64,000 bases of DNA from Rikenellaceae bacterium DTU001 (GCA_001512885.1 LFSZ01000043.1:2314-66313), one strand, 5' to 3'; positions 1 through 9,473 are shown, numbered from the stretch's first letter. Notes: generated by a model from the letters alone, not told the origin. Translations and numbers: made by a program.

Positions 1-583
1 ATATTTACTTGGAATAGCTAATAAATTTTCTAATATAGAAATAGGCATTTCGGATAAATCAAATATCAATAAAGTGAAAAAAGAACTTGCAAATTTATTG
101 CCTGAAGGATTTATAGTAAAAGATAGACACGAGCAAGACGAACTTTTATTTAAAATCTTAAGAAATGAACGCTTGATAGTTTTTATATTATTAGCGTTTA
201 TTGTTTTGATAGCTTCATTAAATATTATTAGCTCACTGGGGTTATTATTGTTAGATAAACAAAAGCGTGTACAAACACTTTATGCTCTAGGTATGAATAT
301 TTCGCAATTAAAAAAACTTTTTTTGAGAGAAGGTGCTATGATTGTATTAGGAGGTGGAGCCATAGGTCTCTTACTTGGTAGTATAATAGCTTTTTTACAG
401 TTACAATTTGGGATTGTACCTATGCATGGAGGCGATATGGTAGGACATATAGCTTACCCTATTGCATTCAAAGTTAGAGATTATTTTTTCATTATCTTAC
501 TCCTTTTATCTATTGCTATTTTATTGCCTAGAATACCTATCAAAAGAATAGATAAAGATTTCGTAGCTATTAGAAATGTTTAA
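1..583 (+). CDS. LolC/LolE-family (FtsX/MacB-type) ABC permease, C-terminal part; 5' end outside window
   Basis: Frame 2 is open from nt 2 with no stop before the GTG listed at 74, so the gene runs off the left edge. The C-terminal hydrophobic helices (LIVFILLAFIVLIASLNIISSL, REGAMIVLGGGAIGLLLGSIIAFL) and the overall layout are typical of FtsX-domain permeases. Confidence 0.7.
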   Translation, partial: YLLGIANKFSNIEIGISDKSNINKVKKELANLLPEGFIVKDRHEQDELLFKILRNERLIVFILLAFIVLIASLNIISSLGLLLLDKQKRVQTLYALGMNISQLKKLFLREGAMIVLGGGAIGLLLGSIIAFLQLQFGIVPMHGGDMVGHIAYPIAFKVRDYFFIILLLLSIAILLPRIPIKRIDKDFVAIRNV

Positions 584-677
584 AAAAATTAATATAAAAT
601 AAAAAGCAAAGGGGAATGATTTTAGAAAGTTATAAGTTTAGATTTATATGTTGTTTGTTATAGGCTATTTGTTAAAA

Positions 678-1493
678 TTATTTACCCCAATTTGGTACAT
701 TAAAAGGTGTAGATACATTTTGATTTAATTTTATTTGTTTAAAGAGCACCTTAGCTATAATTAATGGATTTTCGTAAGATTTTAATTCTATATTAATATT
801 AGTAGGCAATAACATAGTACCTATTAAATCATATTTTTCATATTTAATCGAGATACTTATATTGTCTCTATTCCAATAATTTAGTTCATTTTGTACTATC
901 TTTAAGGAATTATTAGAAATTTTTAGATTTTGTAATAAATTACAATTCTTATCATCAGGACCGATAATAATATTTCTAGATATAGTATAGTTAGTAAATA
1001 ATGAATCAGTGTGTTTTTGAATAATTTCATGGTTAAAAGAAATGAAATCATTAGCTACCAATAATGCTTCTACAACATCAAAATTTATACAAATACCAAT
1101 TTTTTCATAAATTTTTTCAAATGAGTCTGTGTAATATTCTCTACTAAATCGATTAATAATTTTGATGCTATCTTTATTTACTAAAATTCTAAATATCTCT
1201 ATTCCCGGCAAAACTGAGGCACTCATCCATACTAAACTATCGTGTATTATGATGATATTTGCATTGAAGTTGATTTCTTTATTTTCATAATTAAAAATAC
1301 CATTAGTTTTTAAAGATATATTATTATAACTAGTATTATTTACTAATACAAAGGTGTCTTTTGACTCTATAGATATAAATTTACTATCCTGAGAGTATTG
1401 CTGAGGTGATTTAGAAGTTTTGCAACTAAAAAAAACAAGAGAAACTATCAAAATAGATAAAATAAATTTAAAACGCATAATATTTTTTATCAT
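678..1493 (-). CDS. Putative outer-membrane lipoprotein (possibly LolB-like DUF4292 family)
   Basis: 271-aa ORF with an N-terminal signal peptide ending in a lipobox-like LVFFSC. The body is Asn/Ile-rich and beta-type. It overlaps the stop of the upstream TPR gene. The family guess is from memory of Bacteroidota neighbourhoods and was not searched. The true start may be the internal Met at nt 1478 (MRFKF...). Confidence 0.55.
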   Translation of the reverse strand: MIKNIMRFKFILSILIVSLVFFSCKTSKSPQQYSQDSKFISIESKDTFVLVNNTSYNNISLKTNGIFNYENKEINFNANIIIIHDSLVWMSASVLPGIEIFRILVNKDSIKIINRFSREYYTDSFEKIYEKIGICINFDVVEALLVANDFISFNHEIIQKHTDSLFTNYTISRNIIIGPDDKNCNLLQNLKISNNSLKIVQNELNYWNRDNISISIKYEKYDLIGTMLLPTNINIELKSYENPLIIAKVLFKQIKLNQNVSTPFNVPNWGK

Positions 1494-3240
1494 TTATTTT
1501 TTTATTGATTATCTCAGAGTTATTTCCATTTTCCTTAGATTTTTGCCATAGTTGCACTGCATCATCTATTAGATTTAGATGATAATAAATATCACCTGCA
1601 TGTTCTAAAATTTCTGGATCCGAATCATTATACATCAAAGCTTTATCTATCCATTTTTTTGCTTCATCATAATTTTTCATTTTAAATAAAATCCAAGCCT
1701 TAGTATCAATAAAAGAAAATCTAGTAGGTTCTGTTAGTAAAACCTCATCTATTAAATTTAATGCTTTATCCATCATAGTATCTTGTTGAGCCAAAAAATA
1801 TGCATAATTATTTTTGAGTACGAGATTCGCTGGATTAGCTTTTATTGCTTTTTCGAAATAATCGAATGCTTTGGCATATTCTCCTGTTTCATAGTAAGCG
1901 TTAGCTAGTAATTCTATAATAATATTTTGCAATTCTTTATTCTTAGAAGGTATATAGCTGAGTGCGTTTTCTAAATGTGGAATGCACTTTTCAAATTTTT
2001 TCTGCATAAAGGCAGCATAACCTGCATAAAAGTAAAATTCGCCTATATCAGGGTAAAAATTAAGCGCTTTATTAGCATAAAATAGCATACTATCATAATC
2101 ATTTTTAGCTTCATAAGACATAATGAGATTTCTATATGTCGCGTCATTAGTAGAGTCTAACTCAAGAGCTTTTTTGAAATAAACAATAGCAGTGTCTAAA
2201 ATGTTTTGTGCTTGATAATAAAAACCTATGATATTAAAAGTTTCGGCTTTATCGCTATGTAAATCTTCTAAATGATAAAATAATTGTTGTATAAATTGTT
2301 CATCTATATTGGGGTTTTCTATGCTTGTTAATATCACTTGCAGTTTGTCTTGAAAATCGACTCTTGGGTCCTTGATAGCTATTAACAATTCTTTTTTTAA
2401 CTCTTCTACTTTATTAATTGCAAAATAATAATTAGCAGCGAATAGCGCTGCATACCCATCGGTACTATCACGTTGTTTATACCATTGCACTAAACGGTAG
2501 AGAGCTGTTATTTTACCTTTTTCTATTGCAAATGAGGAATATTCTTTTTTGTAATCCAAATTAGACGGATCATATTGTATACATCTCCATAGCTCATCTA
2601 GAGCTTCATCACTCTTACCTAGCAATGAGTATATTTGATATTTATAAAAACCTATTTCCGGTATAAAGCCATGCTGCGATTCTAATTTCGTAAAGATTTC
2701 TAAGGCATTATTTGGCATAAAAGCTATTAAATACATTTGTGCAACATTTAAATAATAATCTAATATTTTAGGATTCTTAGATATTAATATCTCATATCGC
2801 TGTGCAGCTTCTCGGTATTTTCTTAATTTAACCAGTATATTGGCACTTAGTTCTAAATAATAAACATTTTCTGGTGATAATTTGATAGCAATATCGATAT
2901 ATTTATTTGCGCTATCCCATTTATTGTTTAGCTCATAATATTTACTAAGTAGATAATAAGCAACATCTTGCTTAGGATCTTTACTGATAATGTCAAATAA
3001 TATCTCTTTTGCTTGATCTAACTCATTTAGTAGTAAACATTTTTGTGCATCTAATAAAAGATTTTGTATCTCTACTGAGGCTTGCAAAGTTTTATTAGTA
3101 TCTTTTATTTTACAATTACTAAGTGAAAAGCTTAAAAATATTAATAATATAGGAATAATGACAAAGTTATATTTATTGATAAATTGTTTTTTTTCGTCTA
3201 TAATGATATCTGTAGATTTGATTTTTTTTGAATATTTCAT
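1468..3240 (-). CDS. TPR-repeat protein with N-terminal membrane anchor
   Basis: 590-aa ORF with many 34-residue A/Y/L-patterned repeats (e.g. AYYLLSKYYELNNKWDSANKYIDIAIKLSPEN, YFYAGYAAFMQKKFEKCIPHLENAL) and an N-terminal hydrophobic segment. Confidence 0.8.
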   Translation of the reverse strand: MKYSKKIKSTDIIIDEKKQFINKYNFVIIPILLIFLSFSLSNCKIKDTNKTLQASVEIQNLLLDAQKCLLLNELDQAKEILFDIISKDPKQDVAYYLLSKYYELNNKWDSANKYIDIAIKLSPENVYYLELSANILVKLRKYREAAQRYEILISKNPKILDYYLNVAQMYLIAFMPNNALEIFTKLESQHGFIPEIGFYKYQIYSLLGKSDEALDELWRCIQYDPSNLDYKKEYSSFAIEKGKITALYRLVQWYKQRDSTDGYAALFAANYYFAINKVEELKKELLIAIKDPRVDFQDKLQVILTSIENPNIDEQFIQQLFYHLEDLHSDKAETFNIIGFYYQAQNILDTAIVYFKKALELDSTNDATYRNLIMSYEAKNDYDSMLFYANKALNFYPDIGEFYFYAGYAAFMQKKFEKCIPHLENALSYIPSKNKELQNIIIELLANAYYETGEYAKAFDYFEKAIKANPANLVLKNNYAYFLAQQDTMMDKALNLIDEVLLTEPTRFSFIDTKAWILFKMKNYDEAKKWIDKALMYNDSDPEILEHAGDIYYHLNLIDDAVQLWQKSKENGNNSEIINKKINDKKYYAF

Positions 3241-3528
3241 TTTCCCTTAATATATTCGTAAGTTAATTATGCAAAATTAAAATTTAAAATTAATATAAAA
3301 AATTATTTAAATACTTAGATTTATTAAGATCTAATCTGTAATTGATAATTTACATCATTGATCGGATAAATAAATATATAGTTATTCAAAAAATGGAATT
3401 TCAAATAAGATTTATTGTATATTTGTTTTGTTATTTATGATTTTTAAACTTTTTTCTTTTACATAGTTTATTTCTGCTTATTTATAAATATTTTTACATT
3501 TAAAATAGTATTATTATTTCAAATTTAT

Positions 3529-3546
3529 TTGTTAATTTTGTAACAA
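3529..3546. promoter_or_regulatory. Candidate Rex-type operator (inverted repeat TTGTTA-N6-TAACAA)
   Basis: TTGTTAATTTTGTAACAA read directly from the sequence. It matches the Rex consensus TTGTGAAnnnnTTCACAA at 11 of 14 specified positions. It overlaps the -7 box of the hydrogenase-like operon, and a rex gene closes the same locus. The AT-rich background makes a chance match plausible. Confidence 0.3.
3533..3540 (+). promoter_or_regulatory. Bacteroidota-type -7 promoter box (TAATTTTG) for the hyd-like operon
   Basis: Matches TAnnTTTG. It lies 12 nt upstream of TTG(3553) and 24 nt upstream of ATG(3565). Confidence 0.4.
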
Positions 3547-3552
3547 TGTTAT

Positions 3553-4005
3553 TTGATAAACAATATGAGAATAATTTTACCTTTTACCATAAATGAATTA
3601 TTTAAGGAAGTATGGCACGTATATCCTAATTCTCTCATAGATTTTTGTGCTAAAATAATGTTAGAGCCATATGCACTCTCTAAATCCCATTTTGATGAAT
3701 TAGAAATTTATTTTAAACAGCCTGCATCGGAGATTTATGCTTTTGTGGTTACTTGCTTCCCTGATTTATTAATATCCGATATCAATTATGACATAGTTAT
3801 GTGTAGAGGGTGGAATTGCTACCTAAAATATGGTAAAAATTTTTTAAATGAAGTTAATTACCAATTTAGAAATGAGTCAGAAAAACCAATTATAAAATTT
3901 CATAAATGTAATGGCAAATGCCATACAGATCAAATAGAATTAAATATAAATTCAGCTTTTTATAAAATCTTGAATAATATTAAAGAAAAAATTATAAAAA
4001 AATGA
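3553..4005 (+). CDS. NuoE/HydC-like thioredoxin-fold [2Fe-2S] ferredoxin subunit (divergent)
   Basis: The four-Cys pattern IVMCRGWNCYLKYG ... HKCNGKCH is C84-x4-C89-x29-C119-x3-C123. It mirrors the NuoE/HndA signature VCxGxxCxxxG ... CLGxCxxAP (canonical spacing about x35). The stop overlaps the next start (ATGA at 4002-4005). The start may be ATG 3565 rather than TTG 3553. Confidence 0.65.
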   Translation: MINNMRIILPFTINELFKEVWHVYPNSLIDFCAKIMLEPYALSKSHFDELEIYFKQPASEIYAFVVTCFPDLLISDINYDIVMCRGWNCYLKYGKNFLNEVNYQFRNESEKPIIKFHKCNGKCHTDQIELNINSAFYKILNNIKEKIIKK

Positions 4006-5873
4006 GCACTATAAAGCTTCAGTTAGGCTATGCTATCACCTCATTAGAATTGCAAAATATATGGGAAAAAGAGTTATTGTCTCTGCTCTCTCAAGATAAA
4101 CATTTTATTTTAAAAAATCATAGTACAGATTTATCGCCTAATGATGATGCTATTATAATAGAAACTTTTCCTAATACTGGATTAAAAGGATTTTTGTATG
4201 CCGAACCCTTAGTATGGATAAAACATCCACTCAAGCGTACTTTATGTTTCAGAAATTTAGAACCTGAGTTAATACCATGGATAATAGAATGTGTTGTAAA
4301 TCTTGATATAACTAGTTTGAAACCTTGGATACAATTAGATGATTATGGAGAAAGCTGGCCCCATATCCCTATAATAACTCAAATGCCTTGGTATGACAAG
4401 ATAGTGCCCTTTTTGACAAATTCTTTTTCTGGAGATGATTGGATAATAGACAATACAATTTTAGACAATACAAATATTGATTTCATCGTCTCTCTATATA
4501 ATAAAAAAAGTAGTGTAGAAGTAAAAGATTTAATTTTTAAGAGTAAGCTTATCGGTAGAGGTTCAGGTACTCTACCTATAGAAATCAAGTGGCAAGCTAT
4601 AGATGAGCAATTAGCAGAAAAAAAATATTTAATAATAAATGCTAACGAATTCGGACCTAGTAGTCTAAGTAATTATTTTTTACTTCGATATTATCCTACA
4701 ATGATTCTAGAAGGTATAATAACCACTTGCTATGCTTTGCATATTAATAACGCCATAATAGCTATTCATCAAGACTATCTAGATGTTTATGAAGCTTTTA
4801 GTAAATTGATCAGCCAAGCCAAAGATTTAGGTCTATTAGGTGATGATATTTTAAATACTGGTAATTCTTTATCTATTGATGTAATGTTGACACCTGGTAT
4901 GTTAATTACAGGTGAAGAGACTGCCCTTATACATTTATTAGAATCTCAAATGCCTTTTCCTACTAATAAACCGCCATATCCCACTAGTTTAGGTTTGTGG
5001 GGACAGCCCACTTTAGTTCATAACGTAGAGACTATAGCAAATATTTCTCAAATAATAAAAACTGATAAATCTCTTGAAATCTACGCCCCCATTTCGAAGC
5101 AAGGGACTAAAGTAGTAACTCTATGTGGAGAAATAAATAATTATGGCGTTTACGAAATATCTATGGATATCAGTATAGATGAGGTAATAAACAAAATAGG
5201 TGGTGGACTTAATAATTCAAATAAAATAAAAGGCTTTCACATTGGAGGAGTTACTGGGAGATTTTTTGATCTAGATAACTTGGATAAATCTCTTTATGAT
5301 TTAGAAAAACAAACTAATTATTTAGGTACATCTACTATTTTTACTTTTTCAGAAGAGCAATGTATCGTTAAACTTTTACAACATATATCAGAAATACTTA
5401 CAGAGCAAAGTTGTGGTAAATGTATACCATGCTTATATGGATCTAGGGTATGGTCTGAGCTGATTAGTTATCTATCATTAGCTAATAATCCCCAAATTCC
5501 CCATTTTCCTTTATATAGATTAAAAACTATTTTATCATTTAATAAATTAGATCGTACTGTTACTGAATCTTCACTATGTGCATTAGGCAAAAGTCTTTCG
5601 CAAACATTCATATCAGCATATAATTTTTTCAAAGATGAAATCGAAGAGCATATATTTGATAAATATTGTCGTTCTTATCAATGTGTAGGATTGAGAAATT
5701 ATATTATAGATGAAGATGCATGTACTGGATGTGGACTTTGTATAGTAGAATGCCCTGTAAATGCTATAATAGAAAAACGAATAAATCTATTTGTTATTTT
5801 AGATGGTAAATGTGTAGGCTGCGGTTTATGTGAAAAAGTTTGTAAGTTTTCAGCTATAAATTTAAAAAAATGA
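4002..5873 (+). CDS. NuoF/HydB-like subunit with C-terminal 2x[4Fe-4S] ferredoxin domain; flavin/NADH motifs divergent
   Basis: NuoF signature blocks are present: GRGSGTLPIEIKW, NANEFGPS, ITGEETALIHLLES, PPYPTSLGLWGQPTLVHNVET, SCGKCIPC and SLCALGKS. The C-terminus carries CTGCGLCIVECP and CVGCGLCEKVC. The N-terminal Trx-like domain has no cluster cysteines (TGLKGFLYAEPLVWI). Confidence 0.85.
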   Translation: MSTIKLQLGYAITSLELQNIWEKELLSLLSQDKHFILKNHSTDLSPNDDAIIIETFPNTGLKGFLYAEPLVWIKHPLKRTLCFRNLEPELIPWIIECVVNLDITSLKPWIQLDDYGESWPHIPIITQMPWYDKIVPFLTNSFSGDDWIIDNTILDNTNIDFIVSLYNKKSSVEVKDLIFKSKLIGRGSGTLPIEIKWQAIDEQLAEKKYLIINANEFGPSSLSNYFLLRYYPTMILEGIITTCYALHINNAIIAIHQDYLDVYEAFSKLISQAKDLGLLGDDILNTGNSLSIDVMLTPGMLITGEETALIHLLESQMPFPTNKPPYPTSLGLWGQPTLVHNVETIANISQIIKTDKSLEIYAPISKQGTKVVTLCGEINNYGVYEISMDISIDEVINKIGGGLNNSNKIKGFHIGGVTGRFFDLDNLDKSLYDLEKQTNYLGTSTIFTFSEEQCIVKLLQHISEILTEQSCGKCIPCLYGSRVWSELISYLSLANNPQIPHFPLYRLKTILSFNKLDRTVTESSLCALGKSLSQTFISAYNFFKDEIEEHIFDKYCRSYQCVGLRNYIIDEDACTGCGLCIVECPVNAIIEKRINLFVILDGKCVGCGLCEKVCKFSAINLKK

Positions 5874-7453
5874 AAATTAATATTACAGTAAATAATCAAA
5901 AATACAAAGTAGATCTAGGGGAAAATCTACTAAATGCTTTACTTTCTTTAGGCTATGATATTCCACATCTTTGCTATTTAGAAAATTACTCCCCAAATTA
6001 TGCTTGCAGATTGTGCATGGTAGAAATTGATGGATTTAATAATCCTATTCAAGCTTGTACTGTTGATGTAAACACACCACTGCAGGTTTACACTCATACT
6101 CCGAAGCTAATAAATATTCGTAAGAATATATTAGAATTAATCTTGTCACAACATTCATTAGAATGTAATACATGTCCTAAGGCTATTAATTGCAGTTTAT
6201 TAAATTATGCATATCAATATGGTGTAAACGAAATTATTTGGAGACATGTGATTACCGATTCCAAGGAAAAAGATATATCTAGTCCTGTGATAGCTAAAAA
6301 TATAAATAAATGCATCTCTTGTGGTATTTGTGTTAAAATTTGTAATGAAATGATGCATTGCAATGTATTTAATCATGCTTTTATTGGTACTAAAAAAACT
6401 ATTATTTCTTCTTTGGATAAACCTATAAATTTATCTAATTGTTACTACTGTGGACAATGCTCTTATCATTGTCCTACTAGTGCTTTATATGAAAAATCAT
6501 ACATTGATAATGTGGAGATAGATCCACAAAATACTACCTTAATATTTGACTCTGCTGCTGTTTACAACTTGATGTCTCAGATTAATAGTAATTTTACAAA
6601 AAATCCTATTTTATCATTTAATTATTTATGTCAATTCTTAGGTTTTAAAAAATTAATTAATTTAGGAGAATTAATAGATGCTAAATTATATTTAGATTTT
6701 CAACTTTTAAAAGATAGAAAACACCCTATCATTTCTAATTTATGTCCTGTCAGTATAGAATATATTAAACAAAAATATCCAGAATTAATTGAATTTATCA
6801 GTCCTTTAGCTTCCCCAATGCAGGCTGCAATTAGATTGACTAATAAAAGTAATCCTATCCTGATACTCACTAATTGTTCGGCTTACAAAAATGATATTTT
6901 TCAAAATTATAGTAATACTGAGCACAAAATTTATGTTGCTAATGTAAGAGATTTTTTAAAATATTTATTGCGAAATGGCTATACATTAGAACAATTAAAA
7001 AATTTGATTCCTAACATCAAAGCTAAAAAAAACTATTCATATTCTATCGGCGGACTGTATGCTGATATATCAATGTATAATTTATTAAAATTAATTTTAG
7101 ATGAAACCAATATACAAATAGATAAACCCTCAAAAATTAATAGTTTTTTAACAGGAAAAAATGAAAATAAAAAGTATAATTTTAGATTAAAAAATAAAAA
7201 TTATTCTTTAATAAGCATTAATACAATAAGTGAGATTGCAAATTTTTTTGATCATGAATTTTTAAAAACAAATTTAGCATTAATAGGATGCTGGAGCTGT
7301 GCTAATGGATGCATTAATGGTGGAGGCAAAACTTTCGAAATATTTAAAACTACAAATAAAAGTTTATCCTCAAGAAATCCCTTGCTCACCCAAATTTATA
7401 ATATTAATGAAGATTTAATAATTCAAGAGAAATTATGGAAACAAGAAAATTAG
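5870..7453 (+). CDS. [FeFe]-hydrogenase HydA-like protein (2Fe-2S + His-ligated 4Fe-4S + 2x4Fe-4S + H-domain) with non-canonical L1/L2/L3 motifs
   Basis: Cluster patterns read from the sequence: C35-x10-C46-x2-C49-x13-C63, H95-x3-C99-x2-C102-x5-C108, CISCGICVKIC and CYYCGQCSYHC. H-domain motifs are ISNLCPVS (canonical TSCCPxW), LTNCSAYKND (MPCxxKxxE), ASPMQ and LIGCWSCANGCINGGGKT (ExMACxxGCxxGGGQP). The start overlaps the upstream stop (ATGA). Confidence 0.8.
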   Translation: MKINITVNNQKYKVDLGENLLNALLSLGYDIPHLCYLENYSPNYACRLCMVEIDGFNNPIQACTVDVNTPLQVYTHTPKLINIRKNILELILSQHSLECNTCPKAINCSLLNYAYQYGVNEIIWRHVITDSKEKDISSPVIAKNINKCISCGICVKICNEMMHCNVFNHAFIGTKKTIISSLDKPINLSNCYYCGQCSYHCPTSALYEKSYIDNVEIDPQNTTLIFDSAAVYNLMSQINSNFTKNPILSFNYLCQFLGFKKLINLGELIDAKLYLDFQLLKDRKHPIISNLCPVSIEYIKQKYPELIEFISPLASPMQAAIRLTNKSNPILILTNCSAYKNDIFQNYSNTEHKIYVANVRDFLKYLLRNGYTLEQLKNLIPNIKAKKNYSYSIGGLYADISMYNLLKLILDETNIQIDKPSKINSFLTGKNENKKYNFRLKNKNYSLISINTISEIANFFDHEFLKTNLALIGCWSCANGCINGGGKTFEIFKTTNKSLSSRNPLLTQIYNINEDLIIQEKLWKQEN

Positions 7454-9432
7454 AATATCATCAATTAGTTTTTACAGTACAAAATAGATGCAAGGTTTGT
7501 TATACTTGTGTTAGAGAATGTCCAGCTAAAGCTATAAGGATATTTAACGGGCAAGCTGATATTTTACCAGATAGGTGCATTACCTGTGGCAACTGCATAA
7601 AAGTTTGTAGTCAAGGCGCCAAAGATTTTGTAAAGCACTCTGATGAGGTCGATGAGCTTTTACAAACAAATGAAAAAGTAGCTGCATTAGTAGCGCCAAG
7701 CTTCCCATCCGAATTTTCTGATTTCAAAACTCATAATAATTTTGTAGGTTTATTAAGAAAACTTGGTTTTGACTATATTTACGAAGTGGCTTTCGGTGCC
7801 GACTTAGTAGCTCATACATTTAAAAAACTAATAAAAGCTAATCCAGATATGCAATATATCACTTCAGATTGCCCTGCAATAGTGAAATTTGTTAAAAAAT
7901 ATTATCCTGAACTGACAGAAAATTTATTACCTGTATGCTCGCCTATGAATGCAATGAATAGAGTAGTAAAAAATATGTTTGACTATAATATTAAAACTAT
8001 TTTTATAGGACCTTGTATCGCCAAAAAAGATGATTGGGAAGAGGTGGATTTCAAAATTACTTATCGTGAACTTAGAAGTTTAATTCAAAAACATAATATT
8101 GAAATAGAAAATATAGAACCTTCAACTTTCGACCCTCCTTATGGAGGTTTAGGAGCCATATTTCCTGTATCTAGAGGGCTGATACAAGCTGTAGACATTG
8201 ATGATAAACTCTATAAAAGTAATATAATAGCTGCTGAAGGCAGAGAAGATTTTCAAGAAGCTCTGAAAGAATTTTATTCAAAAACTTGGGGCAAAGAAAA
8301 CCTTGAACTTTTGTGTTGTGATGGCTGCATAATGGGGCCAGGAACTACTTCTTTGAGTAATAGATTTGCTAAGGAGGCTTTCGTTACTAATTATGTTAAA
8401 AGAAAATTAAAAAATATTGATTGGGAAGAATGGGAAAATAATTTAAACTATTGGATGGAAACACTTGATTTATCTGTAGAATATTATCCCTCCCCTATTG
8501 AAGATTTAATACCAAGTGAAGAGGAAATCAGATCTGTTTTAATTGAATTAGGTAAATCTACTCCCGAAGATGAACTCAATTGTGGTGCTTGTGGATACAA
8601 TACTTGTAGAGAGCATGCTATAGCGATAATAAAAGGTATAGCTGAAACCGAGATGTGCCTTCCATATACTATAGACAGATTGCATAGCCTATTAGAAGAA
8701 TTAAATATCTCAAACAAAGAATTGCGAGATGCCCAGGAAGCTCTGAAAAAAACTGAAAAATTAGCAACTATGGGACAATTAAGTGCTGGCATAGCTCATG
8801 AACTCAATAATCCCCTCGGTGTTATAATAATGTACGCAAATATTCTTTATGAAGAATGTCCGCCCGATGACCCTAAAAGAAAAGATCTAGAAATGATAGT
8901 CTCGCAAGCCGAGAGATGTAGGCAAATTGTTAAAGGATTACTTAATTTTGCTAGAAAAAATCAAGTTGTTTATGAAAAAATAAATATACAAAATCTATTT
9001 GATAAAGCTATTAATTCTGTTATAATACCTGAACATATTACAGTAAAAACCAAAGTTGATCCGCCAGATCTCGAAGGATATATAGACATAGAACAAATGC
9101 TACAAGCCATTACTAATCTTATTCAAAATTCAATAGATGCTATTGGCAATAAAAAAGGTGAAATCATATTAGAAGCTCAGACTAAAGATAACTATTTGGC
9201 AATCTCAGTATATGATAATGGTGTTGGGGTACCCGATAGTGATTTATCAAAAATTTTTGAACCATTTTTTACAACTAAACCCGTGGGCAAAGGGACGGGG
9301 TTGGGTTTGGCTACCGTTTATGGAATCATTAAAATGCATAGGGGCAAAATAGAAGTGGAAAGCAATGCTGATCCGTCTAAAGGGCCTACATATACTAAAT
9401 TTTATATCTTTATACCTCAAAGTAAAAATTAA
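7435..9432 (+). CDS. Sensory [FeFe]-hydrogenase-like protein fused to histidine kinase (2x4Fe-4S + H-domain + Cx2Cx4Cx16C module + HisKA + HATPase_c)
   Basis: Ferredoxin motifs [12 protein letters not shown] and [12 protein letters not shown]-domain motifs [17 protein letters not shown] and [14 protein letters not shown] four-Cys module CGACGYNTC...x16...C at aa 383-408. H-box [10 protein letters not shown] (His455, nt 8797-8799). N/G boxes [16 protein letters not shown] and GKGTGLGLA. It overlaps the upstream gene by 19 nt. Confidence 0.85.
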   Translation: METRKLEYHQLVFTVQNRCKVCYTCVRECPAKAIRIFNGQADILPDRCITCGNCIKVCSQGAKDFVKHSDEVDELLQTNEKVAALVAPSFPSEFSDFKTHNNFVGLLRKLGFDYIYEVAFGADLVAHTFKKLIKANPDMQYITSDCPAIVKFVKKYYPELTENLLPVCSPMNAMNRVVKNMFDYNIKTIFIGPCIAKKDDWEEVDFKITYRELRSLIQKHNIEIENIEPSTFDPPYGGLGAIFPVSRGLIQAVDIDDKLYKSNIIAAEGREDFQEALKEFYSKTWGKENLELLCCDGCIMGPGTTSLSNRFAKEAFVTNYVKRKLKNIDWEEWENNLNYWMETLDLSVEYYPSPIEDLIPSEEEIRSVLIELGKSTPEDELNCGACGYNTCREHAIAIIKGIAETEMCLPYTIDRLHSLLEELNISNKELRDAQEALKKTEKLATMGQLSAGIAHELNNPLGVIIMYANILYEECPPDDPKRKDLEMIVSQAERCRQIVKGLLNFARKNQVVYEKINIQNLFDKAINSVIIPEHITVKTKVDPPDLEGYIDIEQMLQAITNLIQNSIDAIGNKKGEIILEAQTKDNYLAISVYDNGVGVPDSDLSKIFEPFFTTKPVGKGTGLGLATVYGIIKMHRGKIEVESNADPSKGPTYTKFYIFIPQSKN

Positions 9433-9473
9433 TAATTTTATATAAAAAATAAAATATTATTAAAGCCAAAAAT

